Below, in pieces: positions 62,150 through 64,000 of a stretch of 64,000 nt of DNA. The notes below the pieces were generated by a model. The model ran no database searches. It was not told the DNA's origin and saw only the letters and a list, made by a program, of their open reading frames with translations. Origin of the DNA: Chiloscyllium plagiosum (taxonomy: Eukaryota); contig NC_057711.1 of the NCBI RefSeq assembly GCF_004010195.1, forward strand, positions 70,477,018 to 70,541,017, read 5' to 3'. How positions within the stretch are numbered: position 1 is the stretch's first letter; each line of letters opens with the position of its first letter. The translations under genes and the position numbers were made by a program.

Positions 62150-64000
62150 AGAGCTGCTTTAAATATATAAAAGAGAAGAGAGAGGTCAAATTTAAAGTAG
62201 GCATCTTTAGAAAATGAATCTGCGGAGACAGTCATGGGAACAAGGAATCGGCAGAGGAGTTAAGCAGATATTTTGCATGAGTTTTTACAGTGCAAGATAT
62301 TCAGACATCCCATTAAGTACCATCACCATCACTAAAGAAGTACTCTTAAACAAACTAATGGCGCTGAAGGCTGCTGAGACCCCGGCCCTGATGGCTTGCA
62401 TCCTGAGATCCAGAAGAGGTAGCTACAGAGATATAGGATGCGTTGGTTATTAATTATCCAAAAAACTTTAGAAATACCAGAGGAATGGAAAACTGCAGAG
62501 TCAGCTTGGCTTCATGAAAGGGAATCATTCCTGAATATTATTAGAGTTTTTTTTTTAGGAGTTGCAACCAGAGTGAATAGAGAGGAGCCAGTAGATGTGT
62601 TGTATTTGGACTTCCAGAAAACATTGGACAAGGTACCCCTCAAAAGGGTAAATCATAAGATTAAGAGCTCAGTGTTGGAGGTGGTTTATTAGTATAGATA
62701 GTTTCCTGCCCAGGCCAATTATCTATCTAGGATAAAGGGTTCCTTTTCAGGTTTGCAGGATATAACCAGTGAGGTTCCACCAGTGAGTGCTGAGCCCATT
62801 GTTGACTAATAATATACAGCATATATTATTGACTTGGAGGAAGGAAATGAAGTGAATGTAGTGCAGCCAGATTTGCAGATGTCACAAAAATAGATGGGAA
62901 CTAGGTTGTGAGAATGATACAACATTTGACAGAGATATTGATAGGTCAAGTACGTGGGCAAAAACTTGGCAGTTGAAGTATAATGTGGGAAATTGTGAAG
63001 TTGTTCATCTTTGAAGGGAGAACAAAAGAGTATTATTTAAATGGAGAAAAACTGCAGAAAGCTGTAACACAAATGGGCTTGTGTATAAAATGCACAAAGC
63101 TAGAAAAAGAAAGTGAGGACTGCAGATGCTGGAGTCAAGAGTGTGGTGTTGGAAAAGCACACAGGCCAGACAGCATCCAAGGAGCAGGAGAATTGACGTT
63201 TTAGGCATAAGCCCTTCATCAGGAAAGACTCACTCCTGATGAAGAGCTAATGCCTGAAACGTCGATTCTCCTGCTCCTCAGATGTTGCCCCCGCCCCCAT
63301 ATATCTCTCAGTCCCTCTGGCCCACAAGCCTCATTCCTGATGAAGGGCTTATGCCAGAAGCGTCAATTCTCTTGCTCCTTGGATGCTGCCTGACCTGCTG
63401 TGCTTTTCCAGCACTACACTCTTGATGATGAAAGCTAGAGCACTGGTATAGCAAGTAGTCAGGAAGGCTGATGGCATGTTGGCCCTTATTTGAAGGGAGC
63501 TGGAGTATGAGAGGAGTGAAATCTTACAGGAAGTGTACAAGGTATTGGTGAGACCACATCTGGAGCACTGCGGGCAGTTTTGGTCCCCTTATTTCAGGAA
63601 AGGTATTGTTTCACTGGAGGCAGTTCAGAGAAAGCTCATTGAGGTCACTCTTATTCTTCTAAAATCCAGTGAGGAGAGCCCCAGCCTGTTTAGCCTTTGC
63701 TTGTACCTCCATACAATCATCCTAGCAAAGACTCAATAGATGGGGTCTCTACACACTGGATTTTAAAAGAAGAGAGGTGATCTCATGGAAACAAAGAGAA
63801 TTCGCAACGGGCTTGACAGGATAAATGCTGAGAGGATGTTCGCCCACGTGGGAGAGTCTAGGACCAGAGGGCACAATCTCAGGTTCAAGGGGTGCCTATT
63901 TAAGATTGAGATGAGGAGGATTTCCTTTACTGAAGGGTAAAGTCTTTGGAACTCTTTGTTACAGAGAACTGTGGGGGCAGAGTCCTTGTGTAGGTTTGAG
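62150..64000 (+). mobile_element. Decayed CR1 ORF2 RT region
   Basis: VDVLYLDFQKTLDKVP, FADV, YKVLVRPHLEHCGQFWSP, SRTRGH. Confidence 0.9.
63105..63430. mobile_element. Three-pLTR PLE mini-element (one inverted, two direct) inside CR1
   Basis: TCATCAG 63216-63222, CTGATGA 63236-63242 and 63337-63343; TSD aaagctaga 63096-63104 / 63431-63439. Confidence 0.9.

Overview
Repeat-dense vertebrate DNA, most likely shark or other elasmobranch (inferred from the HE1-type V-SINEs and the CR1/Penelope mix). It has two assembly gaps (37650-38149, 53395-53892). I found no host protein-coding exon, RNA gene, CRISPR array or prokaryotic system that I can support. The recognisable ORFs in the track are transposon relics, and several long ones are N-run artefacts. 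The window is a nested set of CR1 LINEs (two keep the esterase-type ORF1), L2, RTE and Tx1/L1 LINEs, HE1 SINEs, two collapsed Gypsy LTR elements, a Tigger/pogo fossil and many Penelope-like elements (PLEs). The main signal is about 20 PLE terminal repeats (pLTRs) from at least four sequence families, which carry intact, decayed or truncated minimal type I hammerhead ribozyme motifs. Several occur as ORF-less 130-330 bp insertions, single or head-to-head palindromic, with 7-16 bp target-site duplications (TSDs). Hammerheads in PLEs are established; whether these mini-elements are a self-propagating non-autonomous family is an open, testable inference. Three short locally templated duplications and a perfect fold-back at one PLE junction are also visible. 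Boundaries of old repeats were estimated by eye and are approximate.
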